Source: Centroscyllium fabricii (lineage: Eukaryota). From it: 64,000 nucleotides of DNA. The notes under the pieces are model-generated. The model saw nothing but the letters and a program-made list of their open reading frames with translations, searched no databases and had not been told where the DNA came from. The stretch spans positions 234,980,001-235,044,000 of the forward strand of contig JBNRSN020000007.1 in NCBI GenBank assembly GCA_051313645.2, written 5' to 3'. Below, piece by piece: positions 35,782 through 47,977 of the stretch. The number at the start of each line of letters is the position of its first letter. Within the stretch, counting starts at the first letter, position 1. The translations under genes were made by a program, and so were the position numbers.

Positions 35782-36660
35782 TAAGAACATAAGAAATAGG
35801 AGCAGGAGTAGGCCATACGGCCCATCAAGTCTACTCCGCCATTCAATAAGATCATGGCTAAATTATTACATCAACTCCACTTTCCCGCCCTATCCCCATA
35901 TCCCTTGATTCACTTAGTGCCCAAAAATCTATCAATCTCAGTCTTGAATATACTCAACAACTGAGCCTCCACAGCTCTCTGGGGTAGAGAATTCCAAAGA
36001 TTCACAACCCTCTGAGTGAAGAAATTTCTCCTCATCTCAGTCCAAAATGGCCAAAACCTTATCCTGAGACTATAACCCCTGGTTCTATAATCTCCAGTCA
36101 GGGGACTCAGCCTTTCAGCATCTACCCTGTCTAGCCCGCTAAGATTTTTATATGTTTCAATGAGATCACCGCTCATTCTTCTAAACTCTGGAGAGTATCG
36201 GCCCATTCTACTCAATCTCTCATCATAGGACAGCCCTCTCATCCCAGGAATCAATCTGGTGAACCTTCATTGCACCCCCTCTAAGGCAAGGAGACCAAAA
36301 CTGTACACAGTACTCCAGGTGTGGTCTCACTAAAACCCTACATAATTGCAGCAAGACTTCCTTACTCTTCTACTCCAACCTCCTTGCAATAAAAGCTAAC
36401 ATACCATTTGCCTTCCTAATTGTTTGCTGTCCCTGCATGTTAACTTTCTGTGATTTGTGTGCAAGGACACCTAAATCTCTCTGAATAGCAACATTTACTA
36501 GTCTGTCACATTAAAAAAAATATTCTGCTTTTCCATTCTTCAAAGTGAATAATTTCATACTTCCCCACATTATACTCCATCTGCCACCGTGTTGCCCAAT
36601 TACTTAACTGGCCTATATCCCTTTGCAGCAACTTTGTATTCTCCTCGCAGCTTACTTTTG
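35782..36660 (-). mobile_element. CR1/HER1 LINE 3' fragment
   Basis: [13 protein letters not shown]...GDLIETYK...RRNFFTQRVVNLWNSLP and the 3' tail. Confidence 0.85.
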
Positions 36661-36902
36661 CAATGCGCAAATCCAAAACTAAACTGAACGGAGTCAACTT
36701 GCTGTAATGTGTATCAGAAGTTCTTCTGGGGATGCTGATGTACATGATCTATTTTCTAGAATTTAATTTGACTTTAATATACAATATAGACCTCTTGTAA
36801 GAGTCTCCTAAGTCTTGAAATGCATGTGATTGTTTCTTTCAATTGCATGCCATGTTTACACCTCCGAACTGTCATTTTCTGGAGTGTATTGGCATATTGT
36901 AA

Positions 36903-37275
36903 TTTATTTATTTATTCATTCATGGGATGTGGGTGTTGCTGGCAAGGCCAGCATTTATTGCCAATTGCTAATTATCCTTGACAAGGTGGTGTTGAGCCTC
37001 TTTCTTGAACCGGTGCAGTTTGCGTGGTGAAGGTGCTCACACAGTGCTGTTGGGTAGGGAGTTCCAGGATTTTGACCCAGGGGCGATGAAGGAACGGTGA
37101 TCTATGTCCAAGCTAAGATGGTGTGTGACTTGGAGGGGAGCTTGGAGTTGGTGTTCCCATGCACCTGCTGCCCTTGCCCTTCTAGGTGGGGTAGACCACG
37201 GTTTTGGGAGGTGCTGTTGCAGAAGCCTTAGTGAGTTGCTGTAGTGCATCTTGTAGATATGCACATTATGCCATG
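36903..37275 (-). mobile_element. 3' fragment of the LINE family represented by 40661-43993
   Basis: Colinear with 40680-41050 (YKMHYSNSLRLLQQHLP...SKSWNSLPN and the same GGGATGTGGG 3' end). Confidence 0.85.
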
Positions 37276-37760
37276 CACCTCTTCTCTCCAAGTTTTAAGA
37301 TAGAGAAGTTATGCAATTACTCCAGTCACACAGAATATTTTGACACTCATGCTGGATGCACAAGACTTCCAGAATGATTGTTGTAGAAACCATGGCCTTC
37401 CGAGCTGGGGGTGGGGGGTGAGAGGGGGAGAGGATTTTTGGACTGGAAAACCGGAAGTAGGAGTACTTTCCCACCCGCCTGCAACCCATCCATCATTGGG
37501 GCTTAAAATTTCCCCCCCATACGGAACTATAACATATAACATTCTGCAATAGTCTATAGTAGACAAAGCCCTTCCTCACTTTTTGTCAAGGTACAGTATT
37601 TCCCTATTTCATGGTAAAGAGAACTGGAGAAACATGCAATGTGCTTGCAGTAAAGTCAGAATGGAGAGTGACCTAAACGCTGACCAATGTGGTGCATGAC
37701 CTTTGTGAAGTATATAAGGAATAAACTGTACAACCTACTAAATTAGTTTGAGGAGTTTTA

Positions 37761-37961
<201 letters not shown>

Positions 37962-39739
37962 TTAAAGGGAGTTCAGATGCAGTTAAAAATGAAAATAGAA
38001 GAAAGATGAATACACTTGTAAGTTGGGTCTTGTTCAGCTTGGAGGGGAAGGTGGCCTGCAGCTGGGACACTTTGATGGTCACCATCAGTGACAATTTGTT
38101 CTGGCCAATAGGAAGGATGGTAAGTGAAACAGGACAATTCTCCAGCAATTTCAAGGTCATCAGGTAACCCAGTCAAGAGCTTTGAAGATCATTCATTATA
38201 TAAGTTGCAGCCAAGTTTAAAAATCAATTTGGGTTGGGGTTTGAACCCAAGTCCTTTGAATGGAAACCCAATGCTCTAATGCAAAAGCTATTAGGTTGCA
38301 ATATAAAATAGGCAGAATTTAAGACTGAGATTGTATTAAGATTAAATCCCATTTAATGGCCTTCATAAATAAAACTTGGTCATCAGTTATGAAAGATATG
38401 AGACATTATGAAAAGTAATGAAAGTAAAATAACCATGTCAGAACAAAATCAGCAAGAGAAAAGAAAATCTCTCTTTAAACCTAATTCTAATTAGCCTGAG
38501 AGGTATAAAGCCAACACCTGCCATTAGATTCTCATTGACTTAGGTCTCACATTAACCACATTAAAAGGTTAACATATTCAATGACTTTCTTTCTGAGTTA
38601 CTGCCTATTCATTGCAACTAATTACATACTTCAGTGAAAAACATCCTTCTCTGCTATATTTGAAAGAATTAGAAGTTAGTTCACAATTGGTCTGCGAGAG
38701 GGGTTACCACTGTAACTGTCAAAATTTCTTGTTAGACCATTCCTTGTTGAGGAGGAGAATAGTCGTTTCATACAATGCAAATTTCAAAGCTGCTAATTTC
38801 AAAGCTGCTTTTTAATGTTATGCTCCATTCTAAAATTAGCCAGAACTGGTCAGAAATAGATAAACTAATAATATTTATTATAATCTTCCAAATTATGAAA
38901 TTAACATTTAAAAAAAGTTGTAAATTATGAAGAAAATATCGAACATTACCATCGGAATCTAGATAATATTCTGCAAACAATTTAGAATTAAGACACATTT
39001 TCTCAAACTTTTCTTAGAATGTGAAGATTGTTTGACCTAAATTGGTAGAGTAACAACCAAGGTATAATCTAAAGTTAAATAGTTCACAAAGGGACAAATT
39101 ACTTCGACACTAGATTTACTTTATGATTAAAAATTTCTGCTCAACCAAATGTAACTTTTTTTGTTGTTCTTCCATTTTTCTGATTCTTATTTCCTCCTGA
39201 CAAGGAGCACTTTTATATCCTTTACACTAATAGTTTACAAATAAAGGTTTATACTTGTGCTTCTGGATTTTCTTTCCTCTATTCTCTGACCCACAAGTAC
39301 TGGCTTTCAACATAGGCCTGTTTGCATTGAAATGTTTTAATTACAAACAGCAACCATAACTCTACATGCAGTAATCTGATACAGAACCCATGGTAATTGC
39401 CAAAAGAATGTTTTACATTTTAAAATAATGATGATTTTTCTTTTGTGCTGATTAAGGTGAGGGATATTAATGCTGTAAAATGTAACTTTGCTTTACTTTG
39501 AGGACTCAGTGCTGTAATCAATTACTCAAGGGATAGGCATAATATGAAATGCTGCAGAGTACAGATCACTCTGCACTGACCAACAATGTGCCTTGGCCCA
39601 GTCCGCAGACAAATACCTTTTTCTATACCAACAACAGCTTGTCTTTATATAGCACTTTTTAGGTAGAAAAATGCCTCAAAGTGCTTCTTAGAGGCATAAT
39701 CAGACAAAAATGGGTTCTGTGACAAAGAAGGGGAGGGGA

Positions 39740-40660
39740 TAAACCCGCAACTACAGTCAGTCAGCCTAACGTCGGTGGTAGGGAAACTTTTAGAGACAGT
39801 AATCTGGGACAAATTTTATTGTCACTTGGGGAAAAATATGCATTAATAAATGACAGCCAGCACTGATTTGTTGAAGGCAAATTGTGTTTGACTAACTTGA
39901 TTTGAGTTCTTTGATGAAATAACAGAGTGTAGTGCTGTTGATGTTGTGTGTATGGACTTTCAAAAGACGTTTGATAAAGTATTACCTAATGGACTTATTA
40001 GCATAATTGAAGCCCATGGGATTAAAGGGGCAGTGGCAGCATAGATACAAAATTGGCTAAGGAACAGAAAGCAGAGAGTCATGGTGAACAGTTGGTTTTC
40101 AGATTGGAGGGAAGTATACAGTGGTGTTCCCCAGGGGTCAGTATTAAGGCGACTGCTCTTTTTAATATATAATAATGACCTGGACTTGGGTATACGTGGC
40201 ATAATTTCAACGTTAGTAGATGACACAAAACTCGGAAATGTAGTGAACAATGAGGAGGCTAGTAACTGATTTCAGGAGGACATAGACAGACTGGTGAAAT
40301 GGGCGGACACATGGCAGATTAATTTTAACTCAGAGAAGTGATATATTTTGGTAGGAAGGATGAGGAGAGGCAATATAAAATAAATGGTACAATTCTAAAG
40401 AGAGACCTGTGGGTGTATGTACACAAATCTTTGAAGGTGGCAGGACAAGTTGAGAAGGCTGATAAAAAATCATATGGGATCCTTGGCTTTATAAACAGCA
40501 GTGTAGATCACAAAAGCAAGAAAGTTATGCTAAACCTTTTTAAGTCACTGGTTAAGCCCCAGCTGGAGTATTGTGTCCAATTCTGGGCACCACACTGTCA
40601 AGGCCATGGAGAGGGTGCAGAGGAGGTTTATTAAAATGGTACCAGGGATGGGGGATTTCA
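39740..40660 (+). mobile_element. CR1 LINE RT region, left part (split by the 40661-43993 insertion)
   Basis: [31 protein letters not shown]. Confidence 0.85.
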
Positions 40661-40743
40661 TTTTTTTAATTTTATTTTTATTTTTATTCATTGATGGGAT
40701 GTGGGCGTCGCTGGCTGGCTAGGCCTGCATTTAGTGCCCATCC

Positions 40744-43524
40744 CTAATTGCCCTTGAGAAGATGGTGGTGAGCCACCTTCTTGAACCGCTGCAGTCCATA
40801 TGGTGTAGGTACACCTACAATGTTGTTAGGAAGGGAGTTCCAGGATTTTGGCCCAGCGACAGTGAAGGAGCGGCGATACAGGTCCAAGTCAGGATGGTGT
40901 GTGGCTTGGAGGGAAACTTGTAGGTGGTGCTGTTCCCATGCATCTGCTGCCCTTGTCCTTCTAAGTGGTAGAGGTCGTGGGTTTGGAAGGTGCTGTTGAA
41001 GGAGCTTTGGCGAGTTGCTGCAGTGCATCTTGCAGATGGTACACACTGCAGCCACAGTGCGCCGGTGGTGGAGGGAGTTAATGTTGAAGGTGGTGGCTGG
41101 AGTGCCAATCAAGCGGCCTGCTTTATCCTGAATGGTGTCGAGCTTCTTGAGGGTTGTTGGAGCTGCACTCATCCAGGCAAGTGGAGAGTATTCCATCACA
41201 CTCCTGACTTGTGCCTTGTAGATGGTGGAAAGGCTTTGGGGAGTCAGGAGGTGAGACACTCGCCGCAGAATTCCCAGCCTCTGGCCTGCTCTTGTAGCCA
41301 CAGTATTTATATGGCTGGTCCAGTTCAGTTTCCGATCAATGGTAACCCCCAGGATGTTGATAGTGGGGGATTCAGCGATGATAATGCCATTGAATGTCAA
41401 GGGGAGATGGTTAGAGTCTCGCTTGTTGGAGATGGTCATTGCCTGGCACTTGTGTGGTGCGAATGTTACTTGCCACTTGTCAGCCCAAGTCTGAATGTTG
41501 TCCAGGTCTTGCTGCATATGGACACGGACTGCGTCAGTATCTGCCGAGTCTCGAATGGTGCTGAACAGTGTGCAATCATCAGCGAACATCCCCACTTCTG
41601 ACTTTATGATGGAGGGAAGGTCATTGATGAAACAGCTGAAGATGGTTGTGCCTAGGACACTGCCCTGAGGAACTCCTGCAGTGATGTCCTGTGGTTGAGA
41701 TGAATGACCTCCAACAACCACAGCCAACTTCCTTTGTGCTAGGTATGATTCCAACCAATGGAGAGTTTTCCCCTTGATTCCCATTGACTTCAGCTTTGCC
41801 AGGGCTCCTTGATGCCACACTCGATCAAATGCTGCCTTGATGGCAAGGGCAGTCACTCTCACCTCACCTCTTGAGTTCAGCTCTTTTGCCCATGTTTGGA
41901 CCAAGGCTGTGATGAGGTCAGGAGCTGAGTGGCCCTGGCGGAACCCAAACTGGGCGTCAGTTAGCAGGTTATTGCTGAGTAAGTGCCGCTTGATAGCACT
42001 GTCGACGACACCTTCCATCACTTTGCTGATGATTGAGAGTAGACTGATGGGACGATAATTGGCCGGGTCGGATTTGTCCTGCTTTTTGTGGACAGGACAT
42101 ACTTGGGCAATTTTCCACATTGCTGGGTAGATGCCAGTGTTGTAGCTGTACTGGAACAGCTTGGCTAGGGGCGCAGCTAGTTCTGGAGCACAGGTCTTCA
42201 GTACTATTGCCGGAATGTTGTCAGGGCCCATAGCCTTTGCAGTATCCAGTGTCTTCAGCCGTTTCTTGACATCACGTGGAGTGAATTGAATGGGCTGAAG
42301 ACTGGCATCTGTGATGCTGGGGACCTCAGGAGGAGGCCGAGATGGATCATCCACTCGGCATTTCTGGCTGAAGATAGTTGCAAATGCTTCAGCCTTGTCT
42401 TTTGCACTCACGTGCTGGGCTCCACCATCGTTGAGGATGGGGATATTTTTGGAGCCTCCTCCTCCTGTTAACTGTTTAATAGTCCACCACCACTCACGAC
42501 TGGATGTGGCAGGACTGCAGAGCTTTGATTTGATCCGATGGTTGTGAGATCGCTTAGCTCTGTCTATCGCATGTTGCTTCTGTTGTTTGGCATGCAAGTA
42601 GTCCTGTGTTGTAGCCTCGCCAGGTTGACAACTCATTTTTCGGTATGCCTGGTGCTGTTCCCGGCATGCTCTCCTGCACTCTTCGTTAAACCAGGGTTGA
42701 TCTCCCGGCTTGATGGTAATGGTAGAGTGAGGGATATGCCGGGCCATGAGGTCACAGATTGTGGTTGAATACAATTCTGCTGCTGCTGATGGCCCACAGC
42801 GCCTCATGGATGCCCAGTTTTGAGTTGCCAGATCTGTTCGAAATCTGTCCCATTTAGCACGGTGGTAGTGCCACACAACACGGTGGAGGGTATCCTCAAC
42901 ATGAAGACGGGACTTCATCTCCACAAGGACTGTGCGGTGGTCACTTCCACCAATGCTGTCATGGACAGATGCATCTGCAACAGGTAGATTGGTGAGGACG
43001 AGATCAAGTAGGTTTTTCCCTCTTGTTGGTTCCCTCACCACCTGTCGCAGCCCCAGTCTGGCAGCTATGTCCTTTAGGACTCGGCCAGCTCGGTCAGTTG
43101 TGGTGCTATCGAGCCACTCTTGGTGATGGACATTGAAGTCCCCCACCCAGAGGACATTTTGTGCCCTTGCTACTCTCAGTGCTTCTTCCAATTGATGTTC
43201 AACATGGAGGAGTACTGATTCATCAGCTGAGGGAGGGCGGTAGGTGGTAATTAGTAGGAGGTTTCCTTGCCCATGTTTGACTTGATGCCATGAGACCTCA
43301 TGGGGTCCTGAGTCAATGTTGAGGACTCCCAGGGCTACTCCCTCCCGACTGTATACCACAGTGCCACCACCTCTGGTGGGTCTGTCCTGCCGGTGGGACA
43401 GGACATACCCAGGAATGGTGATGCTGGTGTCTGGGACATTGGCTGTGAGGTATGATTCTGTGAGTATGACTATGTCAGGCTGTTGCTTGACTAGTCTGTG
43501 GGACAGCTCTCCCAATTTTGGCAC
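40744..43524 (-). CDS. APE endonuclease-reverse transcriptase polyprotein (frame open from 43662; true start unknown)
   Basis: APE motifs NIWGL, LTES, YRPP, GDFN, LDL, SDH; RT motifs NYRPISLL, QFGFR, AFD, GVPQGS, FADD; no stop or frameshift in 972 sense codons; the track's start codon is GTG. Confidence 0.9.
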   Translation of the reverse strand: MPKLGELSHRLVKQQPDIVILTESYLTANVPDTSITIPGYVLSHRQDRPTRGGGTVVYSREGVALGVLNIDSGPHEVSWHQVKHGQGNLLLITTYRPPSADESVLLHVEHQLEEALRVARAQNVLWVGDFNVHHQEWLDSTTTDRAGRVLKDIAARLGLRQVVREPTRGKNLLDLVLTNLPVADASVHDSIGGSDHRTVLVEMKSRLHVEDTLHRVVWHYHRAKWDRFRTDLATQNWASMRRCGPSAAAELYSTTICDLMARHIPHSTITIKPGDQPWFNEECRRACREQHQAYRKMSCQPGEATTQDYLHAKQQKQHAIDRAKRSHNHRIKSKLCSPATSSREWWWTIKQLTGGGGSKNIPILNDGGAQHVSAKDKAEAFATIFSQKCRVDDPSRPPPEVPSITDASLQPIQFTPRDVKKRLKTLDTAKAMGPDNIPAIVLKTCAPELAAPLAKLFQYSYNTGIYPAMWKIAQVCPVHKKQDKSDPANYRPISLLSIISKVMEGVVDSAIKRHLLSNNLLTDAQFGFRQGHSAPDLITALVQTWAKELNSRGEVRVTALAIKAAFDRVWHQGALAKLKSMGIKGKTLHWLESYLAQRKLAVVVGGHSSQPQDITAGVPQGSVLGTTIFSCFINDLPSIIKSEVGMFADDCTLFSTIRDSADTDAVRVHMQQDLDNIQTWADKWQVTFAPHKCQAMTISNKRDSNHLPLTFNGIIIAESPTINILGVTIDRKLNWTSHINTVATRAGQRLGILRRVSHLLTPQSLSTIYKAQVRSVMEYSPLAWMSAAPTTLKKLDTIQDKAGRLIGTPATTFNINSLHHRRTVAAVCTICKMHCSNSPKLLQQHLPNPRPLPLRRTRAADAWEQHHLQVSLQATHHPDLDLYRRSFTVAGPKSWNSLPNNIVGVPTPYGLQRFKKVAHHHLLKGN

Positions 43525-43906
43525 AAGTCCCCAGATGTTTGTGAGGAGGACTTTGCAGGGTCGACAGGGCCAGGTTTGCCGTTGACGTTGTCGTTTCCGG
43601 TGCCGAGGTCGATGCCGGGTGGTCCATCCGGTTTTATTTTTATTGGTTTTCGTAGCGGTTGATTACAACTGAGTGGCTTGCTAGGCCATTTCAGAGGGCA
43701 TTAAGAGTCAACCACATTGCTGTGGGTCTGGAGTCACATGTAGGCCAGACCAGGTAAGGACGGCAGATTTCCTTCCCTAAAGGACATTAGTGAACCAGAT
43801 GGGTTTTGCAACAATCGACAATGGTATCATGGTCGCCATTACTAAGAATAACATTTAATTCCAGAATTAAATTGAATTGAATTTAAATTCCACCAGCTGC
43901 CGTGGT

Positions 43907-43982
43907 GGGATTTGAACCCATATCCTCAGAGCATTTGACTGAGCCTCTGGCTTACTAGTCTAGTGATATAACCACTACGCCA
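43907..43982 (-). promoter_or_regulatory. Type 2 RNA polymerase III internal promoter (A and B boxes)
   Basis: A box TGGCGTAGTGG at 43982-43972, starting 11 nt inside the element; B box GGTTCAAATCCC at 43918-43907. Confidence 0.8.
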
Positions 43983-43993
43983 CCGCCTCCCCC

Positions 43994-44842
43994 TGTGGAG
44001 AGATGAGAAAAACTGGGGGTTTCTCCTTGGAGCAGAGAAGGGTAAGAGGAAATGTAATCGAGGTGTTCCAAATCATGAAGGGTTTTGATAGAGTAAATAA
44101 AGAAAAAGGATTTAGAGTGGCAGAAGGGTTGGTAACCAGAGGAAACAGATTTAAGGTAAAGGGCGGCACGGTGGCATAGTGGTTAGCACTGTTGCCTTAC
44201 AGCACTAGAAACCCGGGTTCAAATCCAGCCTTGAGGTACTGTCTGTGTGGAGTTTGCACATTCTCCCCGTGTCTGCGTGGGTTTCCTCCGGGTGCTCCGG
44301 TTTCCTCCCACAGTCCAAAAGATGTGCAAGTTAGGTTGATTGGCCAGGATAAATTGACCCTTAGTGTTAGGGGGATTGAATATGTGGGGTTACGGGGATA
44401 GGGTGGGATATGTGTCGGTGCAGGCTCGCTAGGGATCGAGGGATATGGGGACAAGGCAGGGACAGGGTACTGGGTTTAGATGATCAGCCATGATCTCATT
44501 GAATGGCGGAGCAGGCTCGAAGGGCCGAATGGCCTACTCCTGCTCCTATCTTCTATGTTTCTATTTAATTGGCAAAAGAACCAGAGGTAAGATGAGGCGA
44601 ATTTTTTTGTGCAGCGAGTTGTTATGATCTGGAATACACTGCCTGAAAGGGTGGTGGAAGCAGATTCAATAATAACTTTCAAAAGGGAATTTGATATATA
44701 CTTGAAAAGCAAGAATTTGCAGGGCTATTGGGAAAGGGCAGGAGAATGGGACGAATTGGATAGCTTTTTTAAAGAGCTGGCACAGGTACGATGGGCCAAA
44801 GTGTGCTGTATCATTCTATGATTCTATCTATGATTCTATGAT
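43994..44842 (+). mobile_element. CR1 LINE 3' part (continuation of 39740-40660), interrupted by an HE1 SINE
   Basis: FSLEQRR, RRIFFVQRVVMIWNTLPERVVEA, (ATTCTATG)n tail. Confidence 0.85.
44161..44563 (+). mobile_element. HE1-type V-SINE
   Basis: Same head, V domain and tail as 20261-20663. Confidence 0.9.
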
Positions 44843-44849
44843 TAAGAGG

Positions 44850-45320
44850 AGTGACCTAAAACTTACTCAAAGAGGTGGGTTTTAAAGAGGGCCTTAAAGG
44901 AGGAGAGGGAAGTAGAGAGGTAGAGGGGGCTTGAGGAGCGAATTCCAAAGCATGGGCCTAGGCAGCTGAAGCAATGGGTGCCCATGGTGGGGGTGAAGAG
45001 GGAGAGGGATGTACAAGAGGCCAGAGACAGAGGAACAGAGAGTTCTGGGGAGAACAATTGTTGAACTGGAGGGGGTTATGGAGGTAAGGAGGGTCAAGAC
45101 TATGAAAGGATTTAAACATGAAGATGACAATTTTTAAATGGAGGTATTTGAGGACTGGGAGCCAAGGTAGGTCACCAAGGATAGGAGTAATGTACGAGAG
45201 GGATGGTGTAGGATGGGATAAAAACAGCAGCATTTCAGATGTGCTGAAGTTTACAGTGGCTGAGGGATGAGAGCCCAGCTAGGAGAGCATGGGAATAGTT
45301 GAGTCTGGAGGTGACAAAGG
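44850..45320 (-). mobile_element. L2-clade LINE 3' fragment
   Basis: ITPILGDLPWLPV and SLSSFKALFKTHLF, typical of the L2 ORF2 C-terminus. Confidence 0.7.
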
Positions 45321-45634
45321 CACAAATTTGACAGTTCTACATCCTACACCAGCTAAACCAAACTATGGCCTCTGAGTGAAAGTACTAATTTGGTGTGTAG
45401 TTTTTATCGTGGACCCATGCCCATTAGGAACTGGTTTGAAACACCCCAATTCATTTTATATAGAATCCTCACAAATGGCAGCTGAGGACATTTTCATCTG
45501 ACCAATCTAGGCTGAATTGGAGGCGAATTGAATGTGTGCTAGCCCACTGCGCCAGCCAGTCAAACGGTCTGGGATATTTCTGCTGTTTTAAGAATTTTAT
45601 TTACTTATTCACAAGACAACCAGATAATTATAGA

Positions 45635-46280
45635 TAAGGCAGGCCATTCAACCCATCTCAATTCATAAATCCAGAGAGATCCTAACTTCTCCCTGGTGGC
45701 CTCCCAACTATTTCTTAAATTATTCTGGAGGTTTTACTTCTTCTACGACTCTACCTGAAAGTTCATTTCACATATTCGTCACTCTTTCCTGACATCCGCT
45801 CTAAAATGACCTTTTACTAGTTTGACCTTGTGCCCCTATTTCTACTCCTGCAGTTTAGTTCAAAGTAATATTCCAGGTTGACTATTTCTATACCTTAACG
45901 ATGATAAGATGCCCCCTTTTCAGCTGAAAAATCCAAGTCTATCCGGACTTGTCTCATTGCTCAGCCTCCTGACACTGGTGATCAGCCTTGTGGCTCTTCC
46001 CTGCACTTCCTCCAGCATTTGAATGTCTCTGTTTTCTCTTGGTGAACAGAACTGGGTGTAGTATTCAAGGTGTGGTTCGAGACTCACTATACTCTTTGAT
46101 CATTACTTTCTCTGACTGTTTTGGCTGTGTAGTTAGCTTATTTTTGTTGACTGCTGTTTTTGCAATGGTCGGATATGGTTAGGGTTGAGTGCACAACGAC
46201 GCCTAGGTGTCTTTCTGCGTCATGTTTAGCTATCACAGCACCATTCATGGAGTATGCAAGTCATCTATTTTTCCCTCCTG
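45635..46280 (-). mobile_element. Very old CR1-like fragment
   Basis: Degenerate RTTP*ILHPVLF/PHLEY-type segment near 46050-46080 and a GGCCATTCAACCCA tail hairpin. Confidence 0.45.
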
Positions 46281-47089
46281 CGTGTAGCATTTTATACTTT
46301 GTTGAAATGGATGATTGAGCTCCGTTCAAAATTTCCAAATATAGTTTATGTTCTGCTTTACCAGCTGTCTCTCTTGCATCATAAATATGTGCAAATCTAT
46401 GCTAATAACTAATACAGCAATAAAACACTAACTGCATTTTATAATTTGATTGGAAAGATTCTAACCCACAGTCAACATTCCACAAGAAATTATAGCCCGG
46501 AGTGATTTTGGGCTCTCTGTGAAGAGGTAGCCAACAGCAGTAAGTAATGTTCTTTATAGGAACAACCCTTACGGCTAGAATCTAATTTCTGCTTTGTTGG
46601 CTAGTGTTTACATCCATATTAATACATCTATGACTATTAGATTTTGTTTATGCATTACATTATTTGTATGGATTACTCAAGTTATGAGTGTGAAGACTCC
46701 CAGCAGTAAGTCTCAATGCCATTAAAGACTGGTTGTTTGTCCAGGGAGAGACCACTACCCAAGTTAGTATTCCTCTGCTGCATCATTAATTGAAAGGGTT
46801 AATAAAGTGAGGTAAAGAATTTGATTCCCAACCAAAATCCTGTAAATCTGAATCTTAGCCTTAAATTTACTGGCACTCAAAAAAAGTATAATGGTTTTCT
46901 TTTGATGGGGAAAAGGGAGGGGAAGGAAAATAAATCTGGCAGGGCCAATTTGACTCTACAAGAACTTGCCTTCTCTCTTAATTTATTTCTTTTCATACTG
47001 TTCTGACATTGAAAAAGTAGGTATTAAATGTGGGAAATGAAAGAACTGGTGCAAAGGGTTAGACATTGCTTTTTCACTGTTAAGACAAC

Positions 47090-47977
47090 GGGGGGGATTT
47101 TAGGAGGTCCCGGAGTGCGGGTTTCTGGCGGGTCCGTTACTAAAATTCCAATCCGGCGGGCGGGAAGGCACCCCGCCGGATCCCCGCCCATTTGGGATTT
47201 TCGTCAGGCGGGTTTTGCTGCCCCCGCATGTTTCCCGCCCGCCGCCGGCGGAGATACAGATTGACGTCATTGAGGGCCCTTAATTGGATGGCTAATACTA
47301 TTTTAAGGGCCCTCAGCTATTTTAGCCCTCTTCCCACCCAAAACCCGCCTGGTGAAAACCCCGCCGTGAAAAAGGTGGTGGGAACCCAGGTGGCTGGGTG
47401 TCTACCACCTTCAAGGCATGGGCATAGCACCCACACAGCAGCTTGCTAGCCTCCACCATGCTAGAGGTGCAGCTGCCACCCAAGGGTGAGACACCTCAGA
47501 GCCCAAAACCTTGAAATCGCTCATATTCAACAGAGATCGCGCTGCTGTGCTGTCTGTGAGCCCAGCTGTCAATCACCCAGGGGATCAGTTTCTGTTTGCA
47601 TTCCATTGAAACCACAAACAAACAGTGACTCACTTCAACTGTTTGTTTTGTGGTTTCAAGTGTTCCTTTCATAGTCTGACTCACAGAGGCTATGTAAACA
47701 TAGAAACAAAGGCAACACTTCAGTTCTGTCAATCAAGCTTAGTGAGTTCTTACTACTCAGGCCTGTCAATCAACAGCCCGCCCAACTCAAACTGTGAATG
47801 TAAAGGGCTATGTTCCCACCCATTAGTGTGTATTGGAAGCCCGACATTTCGCCGGGGATTTAATTGGCCACTTGAGCCAAAATCGCTCGGGCCTCCCAGG
47901 TCCTTGGGTGGGCGGGACAGAAAACTGACCCGCCCAGAACCCGCCAGCTTCCCACAGCTTTTTAAAAATTCCCCCCC
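47090..47977. mobile_element. Harbinger-like MITE, complete
   Basis: TIRs GGGGGGGATTTT / AAAATTCCCCCCC; related to 1-554 in the opposite orientation. Confidence 0.75.

Larger units (their letters stand above)
40661..43993 (-). mobile_element. Full-length single-ORF APE-RT LINE (CR1/L2 group) with a tRNA-like 5' head
   Basis: Both ends defined by the interrupted host CR1; 5' GGGGGAGGCGGTGGCGTAGTGG; ~330-nt leader; one long ORF; ~60-nt 3' UTR and A-rich tail at 40661-40690. Confidence 0.9.

Noticed and set aside
40990-41601. Long antisense ORFs over retroelement pol regions (also 25109-25690 and 29420-29932)
   Set aside because: Shadow ORFs expected opposite codon-biased coding sequence, with no independent motifs.
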